The notes below the pieces were generated by a model. That model made no database searches. It was given only the letters and a program-made list of their open reading frames with translations, and was not told the DNA's origin. Position numbers and translations under genes: made by a program. Of a stretch of DNA of 64,000 nt, positions 23,073 to 35,034 are shown one piece after another. The first letter of the stretch is position 1, and each line of letters begins with the position of its first letter. Source of the stretch: Camelus ferus (taxonomy: Eukaryota); NCBI RefSeq assembly GCF_009834535.1, contig NC_045696.1:372001-436000 (forward strand). The letters run 5' to 3'.

Positions 23073-26000
23073 TCAATTACTACTTTTAAATGAAAATCAG
23101 CTAAAATGCACATTTTTAAAGCCTGAGAAGAGAACACATCTTGGTGTCCCCCAGTGACAGACCAGGTCACATACACTCTCCACTATGGAAACACACACTG
23201 TGAATTAAACCTGCCCCCGAGGGAGCCCAGTCCCTGGCAGACCGGCCACCAGCACAGGGCTCACTAAGCCGGGGATGACAAGGCCACAGCCCAAGGGGAA
23301 ACTGCAGGTTAATAAGCACCTATGGGAAACGGTTTTCCCTGTGTGGGTCCTGACGTGTTGAAACAACCCAGAAACTGCAATATTAAGTTCATAAGTTTGT
23401 ATCTACAAGTCATTAGCTTTCAAAAGTTAATTATTTTAGTTTGTAAAAATCAATCTTTTATAGCAAAGTACCATCACCACTGATATAACATTCTCAATAA
23501 AATTCCATGCTAGTAAGTCAGCAACTATGGTAAATCAGGCTTAAACATGCAGCCAGAGCAATGTCATTCCCAGCCCTTGGGGACTCAAAACGAGGGCTCG
23601 TGTGTCACTGTGACACCCGATACCCTGACAGCACCACCTTCAGGACTAAGGAGAGGTGTCCATGCAGCCACTGAGGCCACACTCGGGCTGAGTCCAGAGT
23701 CGGGAGGCTCCCGGGCCAAGCGCAGGACCCCGCCCAAGGACAAGCATCGCAAGACGTGGTCCCTGCAGCAGCAGCGTAAGCATTATGAGACCGACGCCTG
23801 CCCGCTTTTACGTGCTGAATACTGAAGATCAAAGTTATCGTTTTATGTAACCGTTTGCCACAAAAGCTCTGAAGCACTTTTTTTCTTTAGTAAAAACTTT
23901 CCAAAACCCGACGCAAACACAGCGCATCACAGAAATAACGCGTTTGTTCTCACAAACCTGAATCCTTGTGTGCTACAGTAACAGGAAGGCCTGCAAATGA
24001 GAACACACAGCATTTTCAGGGATGAAAACAGAGAACAGGAGGTCTGGGAGTGAAAGTCAGCAACAGAGAAGGGAGGGTGGCAGCAGCAGGGTCCCGGGAA
24101 GCGCTGGGGCCTCATGTGTCTCTAAATTTGTGCATCTCAGTAACATCTGTGCCCCCAGGATCCAGATGCTGGTGCTGGGGTGCGGCCCCACGATGGGGTT
24201 CGTGCCTTGATGGTAAAGGGGCCCACGAGCTCCTGCCCTCCTAAATGGGACGGACGGCCCAGAGAGACGGCGCCTGTGACCCGACAGCGGCTCCCGCTAG
24301 GAGGCAGCTCAGCTGGCGTCTTCACCTTGGATTCCGCCGCCAGGACCATGTTAGAAATGCCTCCAGCAGCTGGGCCGCCAGGTCTCTGGCATCAGCCACA
24401 GCAGCCTGGACGGACTGAGGCCCCTGTGGGCCCCGGCTCCCAGGGGCTCTGGCACCGACGTTTAAAGACGGTAAGGAAAAACACAGTACAGATGGCATCG
24501 CCCTGAAGGTGCCAGGGGAGGTCCAGGCCCAAGTGTGGGTGGATCAGGGCCTGCGGGCCAGTCCAGGCAGAGTCACTGGGGCCTTGGGCAGCCGGGACGA
24601 GGCTGCTCCCCGGCTCAGGGCTGTGTGGCCGCTCAGCCGGCCCCGCACTTCGTGTCTCCCACGGGGTCCCGACTCTGACGCACTCACACCCGACGCAAGG
24701 AGGGTGGGCTGCAGGCGTGAGAGGTCACGGTAACAAACACGGGTCTCAGACGGGACAGGCCAGGGCGCTAATACCTGGGAACAGGGCACTGCCCACTGGG
24801 ACGTGAGGCCCACAGCACGTGTGGACAGGAAAGTATCAGGCAGAAGAGACGACGTTGAGGAAATAATGACGGACAAAGCCCCGGATGCAAGACGCCGGGC
24901 CCCCGGCAGAGCGGGACCTCCTAGACACAGTCCTCTGACACGTGAGAACATCCCAGCAAAGAGAAGCACCTGAAAACACCCGCAAAGACACACGACCGAC
25001 ACCTCAGCCGAGAGCGGGGTGCCAGAAAACGACGTCTGCGGTCTCGAAGTGTTAAAGGAAAGGAAATCAAGCCTAGGGCTGCATCTTCCAGCCACCACTT
25101 TATTTAAGGATGAAAGTGAAACACGGAAACTTTCAGGTCCTCAGGGTCTTGAAAGTGCCCCTCACAGTCCTTCTCTGAAAGAGTCCAGTCCACAGAGTCG
25201 GGGCGAAAACCACCCCCATCTCACTGCCACCAAGGGAGCACCGTGCACACGACAGGGACTCGCGGAGCACACGTGCTCTCACGCTCACACCCCCGTCCCT
25301 GGGCCTAGCAGAAGCCGGAGGGGAGAGAGGACCAGTTTCCATGCTGGGGGAGCAGACGGCCGCACGGTCAGCAGCGGCCAGCCGCCACCCCTCAGCGGCG
25401 AGGCGGGAGGGGAGCGAGTCCCAGGAAGCCCCGAGGAGACACAGAACAAGAAGACGCCGCAGGTCAGCTTTTAATGAACACCACGTCCATAAGGGACACA
25501 ACCCAGAGTATAAAAAAGACTGAAAGTGAAGGGGTGAAAAAAGACGTCCCAGGGGAAAAAGCAAGCAGGTAAATTTTTTTAACATCAGAAATTTACATCA
25601 AAAAATGGAAAAGAGACAAAGGGAAGTTACACGTATTACAAGAAAACTGAACAAGAAGATCAAGTCTAGAAATGGCCACAGACAGTTTAAATAACTCGTG
25701 TGGACAGAAATTAAGGCAACGGTACAATCACTCTTTGCTTCAGGAGACTGCAGGCCTGTCAGGCTCACACGTAGACACAAGACCAAGGGTTAGCATGAGT
25801 CACAAGTCCCACCCCAGAGAGGTGACAAGGACAAAGGCAGAAATTAACCAAGCAGACAAAACAGGAATTTGGTAGTTTATCAATGAGAAAAATTAAAGAG
25901 AAGAACTTGGAGGAAGAGAAATGAGTTTCCTGACTGGCGGGGATGGAGCACGCCCAGACCCAGCTCAGCACAACCCCCGAAAGGCAGCAGCTCCCTCAGG

Positions 26001-26353
26001 GATGAGATGGGGCAAGGGCCCCCACACACCCCCATTTGCCTGGTCGGGAGAGGTCTGGGAACCTGGACCAGAACTCACGCAGAATCACATCTTACAGACC
26101 CGCTGATGACACCGCCTGCAAATGTCACATTGTAAGCTTTTTGTTTAAACTGTCTTTATATTAAATATTTTAAGATCAAAACTAAGAATCTAAAACTATC
26201 ATGAACTACTTTTGCTGGAACTGCGTCTTCCTAGCTAAAGTTAACATTAGGCGCTTAGTTGGCGACTTTAAACAGAACCTTAAAGCAGCCCTCATTTTCT
26301 TCATGGTTTTGGGCTGTTTATCTTGTGAAACGTGAAGTAAAACGGAGTCGCCA

Positions 26354-26743
26354 TGTCAAGGGGTTTGAACGCGGAGCCCGGGCCACTGAGGAGTGTATGG
26401 TACACATGTGCCCACAGGGCGCAGCCGGGAACTTCGGAACCAGGCCAAAGCATGGGAGTCCAAGGACTCGGCCAGAGACCTCACCTGCCCCTTGTTCCCG
26501 TTAACAGACTCATCCTCCCATACGGGACGGACGGCCTGAGCGCCTGGCACGTTCAGCCCAACTGGCTTCTGCCTCCAGTGAAAATTCCTTGTAAGGCAAA
26601 TCTGCCTTCTGTGCCTTTAAAAGCCCCAACTTTGTTCCCCAGGGGGAACCGAATCTCTCTGCTCCAAATTGCAATTCTTCGATCCCAAATAAACACTTTC
26701 TGCTGCCTTACTGCCTTGTGGGACGTCCGGGCTGACACTGACA
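26354..26743 (+). mobile_element. Probable ERV solo LTR
   Basis: TGTCA...TGACA inverted termini, near-TSD GCCA/ACCA, TTTAAAA box and AATAAA at ~26688. Confidence 0.6.
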
Positions 26744-26932
26744 ACCAGGCGAGCAGTGTTCTCAGCATCTCCTCTCGCTGGTGACCAGGCCTTGTGGAGA
26801 GCTGGGCACCGGCCATGCCCCCTGGCAGCCTGACCCTGAGAAGCCCACGCCCGCACCCTCACCTCCTTCACCTTAGACCTCCAGCCCACGAGCCAGCAGC
26901 TCCACCCGCAGCCCAGCAGCTCTATGTCCTAC

Positions 26933-27145
26933 CGGCTTCTCTCTCTCCCGCTGCCACGGTCATGGCCTCCTTCTGGCCCTGCAGCGTGTGGTTCTCCTCC
27001 TGCAGCTCCGCCAGCTGCTGGGTCGCCCGCTGCAGCTGCTGCTGCAGGCCCTCCAGCTCCACCACCAGGCTCCGCTCACTCGCCTCCTTCCGGCCCAGGG
27101 CCTCCTGCAGGCCGGCCTTCTCCTCCTTGAACCCCTCGATGATGC
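26933..27145 (-). CDS. PCNT: PCNT exon (~ex21), IIEGFKEEK...GEREA; 213 nt, phase 1>1
   Basis: CCGCAG| acceptor, |GTAGG donor. Confidence 0.93.
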
Positions 27146-27350
27146 CTGCGGACAGAGGACAAGGGGGACACGGGGGACACAGCAGCTGAGGCCCCGCTGG
27201 GAGCTGAGCGGCCAGGCCTGTGTCCTGCTCCCGCACAGATGGCTCGGGCCGCCTGCGGGCCAGTCGAGCGCCCGGCACACGAGGCCTCCGTGGGCGCCAG
27301 ACACCAGGGCCGCGGGTCACCGAGGCCACAGCCCCTCCTGCCAGGCTCAC

Positions 27351-27513
27351 CCCCCGCCTCGTGCAGCTCCAGTGTCAGCAGGGTCTTGGCCGTGCTCTCG
27401 GCGTCCAGGCACTCCAGCAGCTCCTGGTGCTTTCTCACCACCTGCGCTGTCTCCTCACTCTTGCAGCTGAGCTCCCTCTCCAGGCGAGAGTGGATCTGAC
27501 GCGCCTCCTCCAG
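27351..27513 (-). CDS. PCNT: PCNT exon (~ex20), LEEARQIHSRL...LHEAG; 163 nt, phase 0>1
   Basis: TCGCAG| acceptor, |GTGAGC donor. Confidence 0.93.
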
Positions 27514-29243
27514 CTGCGAGACACGTTTGACGATGGGATTCGGTACCGAAAGTGATCAAAGCTTCACGGACACTGACAGGATGCTCCTCGCACAGAATTC
27601 GGGTGAAACCACAAATACCCCGTAAACAGCAACGTCAGTGTGTGCTGCCATGTCAGTCACTAAATAATCAACACATTCTCAACACAGAAAAGCTCTGTGC
27701 CCGCAGACAGACTGCCTGCTGCTCGCAAACACTGCCCCCACGTGCGTCTGTGGGTGGCACTGAGGGGAGAGCATCTCAAAGGGCCCGGGCAGGGACAGGC
27801 CACCTGGTGACCCGCAGGTGGAGGGCATGGAAGGGCTCGGTCACCACACCGAGCAGAAAACTCACCGCACCTCCACTGCCTGTGTGCGACTCTCCCTCCC
27901 CAGCTGGGTCACCACGAAGCCCCTCCTACGCTCCCCTGGTGGGCACGTCCCGTCTGAGGCTCCCAGGCCATCCACACAGGCTGGGGGCCCAGATCAATTT
28001 CTCAGTTCAAAACATGCACACACAACTATCCCGACAGAAAGCTCAGCACCTGGCCTGGGCCCCTCCGCCCCCTGCGTGTAACCAGCTCTGACCCGCCCAG
28101 GGCCTGGCCTCTTAAGGAAACCTGTCAGCTTCCCCTTGACAACAGCCCTGAAGCGGCCTGGCTGCCGTGGCCCCTTCCACAGCCCCCGCCCTCTCGAAAA
28201 CCTGCCCGACTCCAGCTGGCCGGCCACCACCTGCTCTTCCTGCAGCCAAAGGCCCTCAGGCGGCCCCCACCACCGACCCCGACCTGAACAGGGCCCTCCT
28301 GCCAACCCCCACCTCCCACAAGGCTCACCCACCTCACCAAGCCCGCCCGCTGCCCCCACGGAGCACACTGGTGGGGGCAGGACTTCTGACGAGCCAGCGA
28401 GGCCCCCACACACCCGCGCACGAGCACAGATGCGATGCAGGGCCTGGCGCCGGGTCAGACCTGCAGGCGGGATGCCTGCCCACAAGACGCACCCGAGAGC
28501 ATCTGCTTCCATTAACTGCACTTGGGAGACAGTCAAAAGCACCTGATGACTTCTCAGACGCAGCCCAACTCCGTCCAGTTTTTGAGAGAAGATGGAAAGA
28601 AACTGGAGGAGAAACGTCTGAGTTCAGCACTGCTGACCTACTTGCTTTCACTGCAGGGGCAACACTTTCTCGGTTTTTCTGAGATGGCAACAGCCTCACG
28701 TGAAAACACTCATCTTCTAACTGGACAACTTCGGAAAAAGGTCTCTATTGCCTTCCACATTTTCCTATTTAAGGTCTTCGATAATTTTCTGAAATTTTCT
28801 AAAAAGTTAACAAAAACTTCTCATTTTCGGTAACAATCTCTAAATACAAACATATTCAATGTGGAATTAAACCAGTGTACGAAGTACACTAAAGGCGGGT
28901 GGACACACATGCCCTAAAGTAAGTACACTGAGGGTCTAGTTTTCATCCACAGCAAGCATCCTTCCTCGAGAATTTCGGCTGAGGAAAGACTCCTACTTGA
29001 GGAAGCCACGTGGGTGAAATCTCTGGAGTAACAGGATCAGGACGGCACCAGCGGGAGACCCGGGAGAAGTCAGGGTCGCCTGGGAGGGGACACTCCCCGC
29101 CTCGCCTGCAAACCAGGAGTCAGGAACGCTGCAGGAGCAGCGCCCAGCAGAGCATCCAGGGCAGCTGCCGGCCCCGCTGCCCACTTGCTCAGCACCTCCC
29201 TCTGAAGAGGACCAACTGCAGGCCCCACGTGGGCACGTCTCAC

Positions 29244-29482
29244 CTGCCGCGTGGAGTCCAGGACCATCTCCAGGAGGCTATCGACCGCCAGGCCCAGGCT
29301 CCGGTAGACCCTCCGGATGGGCTGTTCGCACTCCAGCGTGCTCTCCGGGCTCATGAAAAAGCTTTCGCGGATGTGACTGCTAATCTCGGCCACCGAAGAC
29401 GTCTCCGCACACTCGGGCGAGGTCCGGTCCAGCTCCGGCGGGGCCGCGTCAAGCCCAGGCCACGTCTCATCAGGCACAGAGG
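29244..29482 (-). CDS. PCNT: PCNT exon (~ex19), SVPDETW...EISSHIRESF...DSTRQ; 239 nt, phase 1>0 (PLK1-site cluster)
   Basis: TCGTAG| acceptor, |GTGAGA donor. Confidence 0.9.
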
Positions 29483-29569
29483 CTACGACGTGAGCGGACA
29501 GGGGAGCTGCAGGCGGACAGGCACCCCCACCCTGCGGAGCGGCCTTGAGCGCAGGGCCGCGGTGCTTAC

Positions 29570-29709
29570 CTGCGGGCGCGTCGGGTGGGCTCTCCTCCTC
29601 CAGGCATAGCCCCACGCGCTCGCCAATCCGGCTCCTCAGAGCGACGGCAGCCTCGAGCGTCTCTCCAAACAAACCCAGCAGCCTTCTCAGCGCGTCCCGG
29701 AGAGCTCTC
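29570..29709 (-). CDS. PCNT: PCNT exon (~ex18), RALRDALRRLLGLFGETL...PDAPA; 140 nt, phase 2>1
   Basis: CCCCAG| acceptor, |GTAAGC donor. Confidence 0.92.
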
Positions 29710-31378
29710 CTGGGGGGTGTGCGGCAGGCGGCATCAGCCCAGACCCCAGCCTGCCGGCCCCAGGCAGGGGCCCTGAGCCACACACCAGCTGCACCCAGAG
29801 CCGCCTCACAGCTGCTCTCCCCTCGGCGGGGCTGTATGCGCCCAGCCTGTCCCACAGGAGCAGAGCCAGGCACCAACGTGGCCACGCAGGGTTCTACCCT
29901 CTCGTGAGACACCTCCTCGAAAGTCAGAAGTCACACCTAACCCACTGCCAGTATGCACGGTGAGCACTCCTGGTGCCTCCCTCTGGGGCCACACGAGCCT
30001 GGGAGGTGAGGGGCTCAGTTTCTCACAGGATCACAAGACAGTCTGCACCCTACCTCTGAGCTGCATCCTTCTGATCCGGCCCTTCCAGCTGGGGCTCATC
30101 ATCTGTGGCATGGTGACCCCACTGGGGACGCGGTCCTGCCCCCGCAAGACGTCACCCCATCCATTCACAACTCACATCCCTCCCTCGGGCCCAGCACAGA
30201 AACTCCACTCAAACAGGAAGAGCCACCCCTCGGGAAGCGAAGCTCCAGGTGAGGGACAGAGACAGTGAGAACAGGGTCTGTGGACTGAGACAAGGCGGGC
30301 AGGAGCAGACTGCACGTAGCTGGGGCCCTGCCTCTGCAGGAGGCTACCAGGGCCGTCAGAGCCCTGCGGCGGGGGTGGACGGGGCAGCGTGAGGACCACC
30401 CTGGAGACGGGATTGGGCAGGCGGTGTCTGCTCTGCTCTGAGATAAAACACCAGAAGGCGCTACTCTCCCCCCCCCCAATCCTTGTACCGTGTCCAGGCC
30501 ATGCCGACCCCTGGTCCCCGTCATGATCCTCACAAACGCCAAACGCCTGTGGGTGTCGGGCCATCTCAGCCACCGAGCACGCCCTCCAAAACCTCAGGTG
30601 CTTTGCTCCGCCACGCCCTCCCAGGTTCGCAGCCGGGCCTGTCACCCTCTGCCCGGCACACACCTACCAGCCACAAGGCAGCTACGAGCACGTGCTGGCA
30701 ACAGTGTGAAAGGTCCTCAAGGAGACAAAGGAACCGGAAAGGGAGTGAACGGAGACTGCACCCGTGTGACAAGACACCTCCCCACCTGGCCTCCCTGACC
30801 CACAAGCCGCACACACCCCGACCCCTGAGCTCAGACCAGGGGTCAGGGTGGCAGGGACCACAGAGCACCGAGCAGCCGGACCAGACACTGGCAGCGATAG
30901 GCCAGGGGCTGCAGAGGGGCCCAGAGAGCCGGCTCAGGAGTTGCCTTTCCCAGCAGTGCCACTGAGCCGACTCCGCAGAGGAGACCAGCGCATTCCCTGA
31001 TGTCAGGCGCAAACAACTGAATGGCCCCAGGCCAGGCCAGACCCGCAGGGGAAGCCAAACTAAGACCACAAGAAGGCACGAGGGGAAACGTGCGCGGCTC
31101 CAGGCAGGACACTGTTTCTTACGTAGGGCTCCAGAACAAACCAGAGGAAGGGACGGGTCGGCAACTGTGCCTTCACCGCGGCAGCAGACTTCACAATCTG
31201 GCAAAACGTGAAGGTCTGGCAAAGCGAGGTGGAGGCATGTGGTTCTGTGACATGACTCAGTACTTGTCTGGACGTTTAACATCTTCTTGAACGAGGGGGT
31301 CCGAGCACAGGGGTCCTGTCCCGCCAGGGGCCCATGCACACTCTGGCCATGAGCAGGGCTCGGGCGGCGGCCACTGAC

Positions 31379-31530
31379 CTTTCGCCGTGAGACAGGTCGA
31401 TGTCGGACTTGAGCATCGAGATGAGGTTCGTGCCCTCCTGGTTCTCCCGTTCCCGCCTCTGCTGGAGCCTCTCCAGTTCCGAATGACACTCTTCTATCTC
31501 GTGGTTTAAGGATAAAATTTGGTCTTGTAG
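31379..31530 (-). CDS. PCNT: PCNT exon (~ex17), LQDQILSLNHEIEEC...DLSHGE; 152 nt, phase 0>2
   Basis: CAACAG| acceptor, |GTCAGT donor; translated by hand. Confidence 0.93.
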
Positions 31531-32129
31531 CTGTTGAAGAAAAACAAAGCTTTAGTTAGAACAATTCAGTTAAAATTAAGTTTCTGTGAAGGGCTTTCTT
31601 TCTCCAAGAGCAGGTTTGTGGGGAGGAGAAAACAGATGAGGGAGCAGCAGGGGTCCCGTAAAACAATGTCAGAAAGGACACTGAGAGGACACCAGCCAGA
31701 GGAAGAGAGAGTGAAACTGTGAAACCAATTTACTGAAGAGAATGAAAGAAACTGTAAACGGCTTCAGTGTTGGGGGCAGAGAGAACTCAGGAAAGAGTGT
31801 AGATTCGGTAAACCACTCGTTATGACAGGCTAAGACATTCAGGTAGCTGAAAAAATTAGAGAAAATGGAAAAACTAAACAGGGTTCAAGGTGGCAAACAA
31901 TGACCAAAAAATGGACAAAAGAGACAGAAGAGGAGCCGCGCCGCCAGCACAGGAGCCGCATGCCCGACGGGTCAGGGCTGCTGGAGTGCAGGCGGGGGCG
32001 GCAAATCCACGCAGAGCCCACGGGACAGCAGACTTGTCCCTCAGCCAGTCCTCCTTCCTCCACTGCTGAGAGAACACAGAAACTGGGGGAGAAAACCTAA
32101 CAGGGATGACAAGCAACTTTGAACAAGAA

Positions 32130-34500
32130 AAAGTGCAAATAAAAATCTTAACAACACAGAAAATATGGTCTTATTACACTTTAAAAATCAGATTTTTACT
32201 TTAATGTCTTCCCACAAAGAAAGTTTAAGTGTAGGCAGCTTTCCCCTTAAATGATTTCATTAAACATTTAAGGAACAGATCATTTCAATCACATAAAGAC
32301 TCTTCCAGAGAGTAGAAAGGCTGCGGGAGAGGACACTCCTCACTTGTTTTGAGACTGAACCGTGAAAGAAAGGAAAATTATAGTCAATCACAATGAAAAG
32401 AAACACGATGCCAAAGGTTTAAAAAGGATACTAGAAAATAGAATAGAGGAATACCTGGAAATTGTGTCTCATTTTATCACATAGATACGCTGGTTTAATG
32501 TTAGAAAATCATTGAAGTGATTTATGTTAACAGGTTAAATGAGAAAAATAATATATCAATAAATGGAGAAAAAGCAAATTTAACACCCATATGATAAATA
32601 TCTATCACAAATTGGAGAGACGAAATCTTCCTTCACCTGAAAAAGATCACCAACAACTTCCCGTAGCAAATACTACCCTTAGTGTTAAAGGCGGAAAGAC
32701 CTGTTAAAGACCTGACCCAGTCAGGTCAGGACACAAGAGCGGCTGCATTTCACACAGACCTTCCTCAGCTTACGACGGGGCTGCGTCCTGACAAACCCGT
32801 CGTAAACTTCAAACTAGACCTCTAAGTCGAAAATGCACTTAATACACCTGACCTACCAAACATCACAGCTTCGCTCCGCCTGCCGTTAACGAGCTCGGAC
32901 ACTCAAGCCGCCTACGGCTGGGCACAATCTTAACACAAAGCCCGTTTGATACTGAAGTGCTGGCTGACGCTGTGTGGAAGGGAGAAGCTGGAGGGCTGTC
33001 ATCGCCAGCTGTTCATCCTCCTGACCCACGGCTGCCCCATCCTGCATGAGAGGGGATCGGACCATAGCACTAGCCCAGGAAAAGACAAAAGTTCAAAGTA
33101 TGGTTTGCACTGAATGTGTATCACTTTTGCACTGTCATGGAATCCAAAAATCCTAAGTCAAACCATTTTAAGTTAGGGGCCATCTGTACTCAATAACCAT
33201 CGGTTTTAAAGTGCAATTAAAGCACCTGATCACAAGTGTTGAAATACAGATCTAACAAACGATATGCAAGGTCTCCATGGAGAAAATTATAAAATCCAGT
33301 GGCAGCAACTACCAAAATCAATTAAAAAGAGGTATTCCAGAATCCCAGAACACATCCATCTTGTAAAGACGTCAGTTCCCCCTGAAGGAGTGCAGAGACA
33401 ATGCATTTCGCCCACAACCCCGCAGAAGACTTCCGAGCCTGGTGCTCCCGAGAGCTGGGGGCCAGCAACAGCAAACATCCCTGAAAAGAGCGGAGCTGGG
33501 GCCGCGAGCTGCGGGCCACGTGCTGGGCCCCTGGAACTGCAGGGCATAGCTCGGGGCAGACAGACTGACCAAACAAACCTAGGAGGCAGGCCAGAGGCCA
33601 CGCACATGCACATGTGAGCCTGACCCATGACCCATGACCCCGTGGCCCGTGGGCAGCAAGCAAGGCAGGGATAGACTCAACACGCAGGTCTCAGCCCTCA
33701 TGGGAAATAACTCCGCTTCCGTGTATCCTTCCAAGTGAATTAAAACGACAACTCGGAAAATAATCAGAGAATGCTTATGTGAAATAGGAAATGATTTCTT
33801 AAGCAAGGCAGGCAAAGTACAAACTGCAAAAGAAAAAAGGTAATCGCATTAACTCATCAACCAAGAACACCTGCTTGTCAGAAGATAACAAAACGAAGGA
33901 AAAAAACACAAACTAGAAAAAACCCAGAAACACAAGGGACGTCCCTAGACCAGCAGGGAGCAGGCAGGCAACTGTTTCAAACAGAAAATGGCCAAAGACA
34001 CAAAACGGCGTTTTCACAGATGGGGAAACAAAAGTGGACCACAAACACAGTAAAAAACACAGTCTCATCAGCAAATTAAGACCACCACGAAACAGCACTT
34101 CGTTGCCACAGAACTGGCAAGAATTAAAAAGCAGGAACATCCCAAGTCCTGGCGAGGAGGTGGAGTAGCAGGCACTCGAGGGCACGCGTGGTGGACGCAC
34201 TCAGAAACAGGCTGGCGCCGCCTGACCAGGCTGCACGCGGGCGGAACACACTTGCAGGGATAAGAAGCTCCTAGAAAACTCAGGGCGGCTCGACTCATAA
34301 AGGCAGAAAACCAGTAATAAGCCCAGTCCACTGCTGAGCCGCTGGGGCACATGCACCGGACAGAGGACATCCGGCAACGAGGATGGTGGGGCAGTCCTGC
34401 CAGCGACATCGGGGCACCTGCAGTCAACCCGGTGACACAGCCACTTGTGAAGGCTGAAAACAGCCAAATCCCCACAGCAGAGCCTCAGGAACACGTCAGT
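32130..34500 (+). mobile_element. Very old L1 ORF2 and 3' remnants, interrupted by a Tigger MITE
   Basis: Degraded L1 phrases; boundaries approximate. Confidence 0.6.
32755..33186 (-). mobile_element. Tigger5-derived MITE (MER47-like)
   Basis: Imperfect TIRs CAGACCTTCCTCAGCTTAC / TAAGTTAGGGGCCATCTG, TA at right flank; internal sequence resembles recalled MER47. Confidence 0.75.
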
Positions 34501-35034
34501 GAGTGAGAAACCTAGGCAGATCGAAAGCGGTCACCTCGGTGGATGGAGGGTGGGGGAGGCCGGAGGAGTCTTTCAGGCACCTAACCTGGGTGGCAGGACA
34601 CAGGTCCTCACTCCACAGCGTCACTTTACCCAACAAGCACATTTTAAGGGCACTTGTAAGATAACTTCACAGTGAAAACAGCTTCCTGCAAGTCCAGTCG
34701 GCCTGAAGGCCGCGTACCCTTCTCCCTGACCTCTGGGGACACCCCTGGGCGGCAGCAGAGCCCCAGGCCCATGCACCTACGCAGGTCTCCTGCTGCTCCA
34801 GCCCCACGTGTTCACACGAGAGCCCCCCCAACTCCCAGTGCCTTTCAGTCTTTCCTCTGCAATCCTCGCTCACACCCCTCCCAACTCTAAGTGTTAACCC
34901 ACCTTTAAAGGTAAAGATACACTTTGCAGTTTCTCTCTTAATTCAGAGTTTAACATTTCTTCTACCTGTGCCAATACTTTAAATAGAATTGTCGTTGCTT
35001 TTGGGCTTTTGGAACTTGTTATAAAATCAGAGTT

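Noticed and set aside
30566..31489. 307-aa minus-strand ORF
   Set aside because: Starts in a non-PCNT frame of exon ~17 and runs into the intron; no protein-like features
32709..32727. 8-bp hairpin GACCTGAC-CCA-GTCAGGTC
   Set aside because: Too short to be significant in 64 kb; lies in decayed repeat sequence
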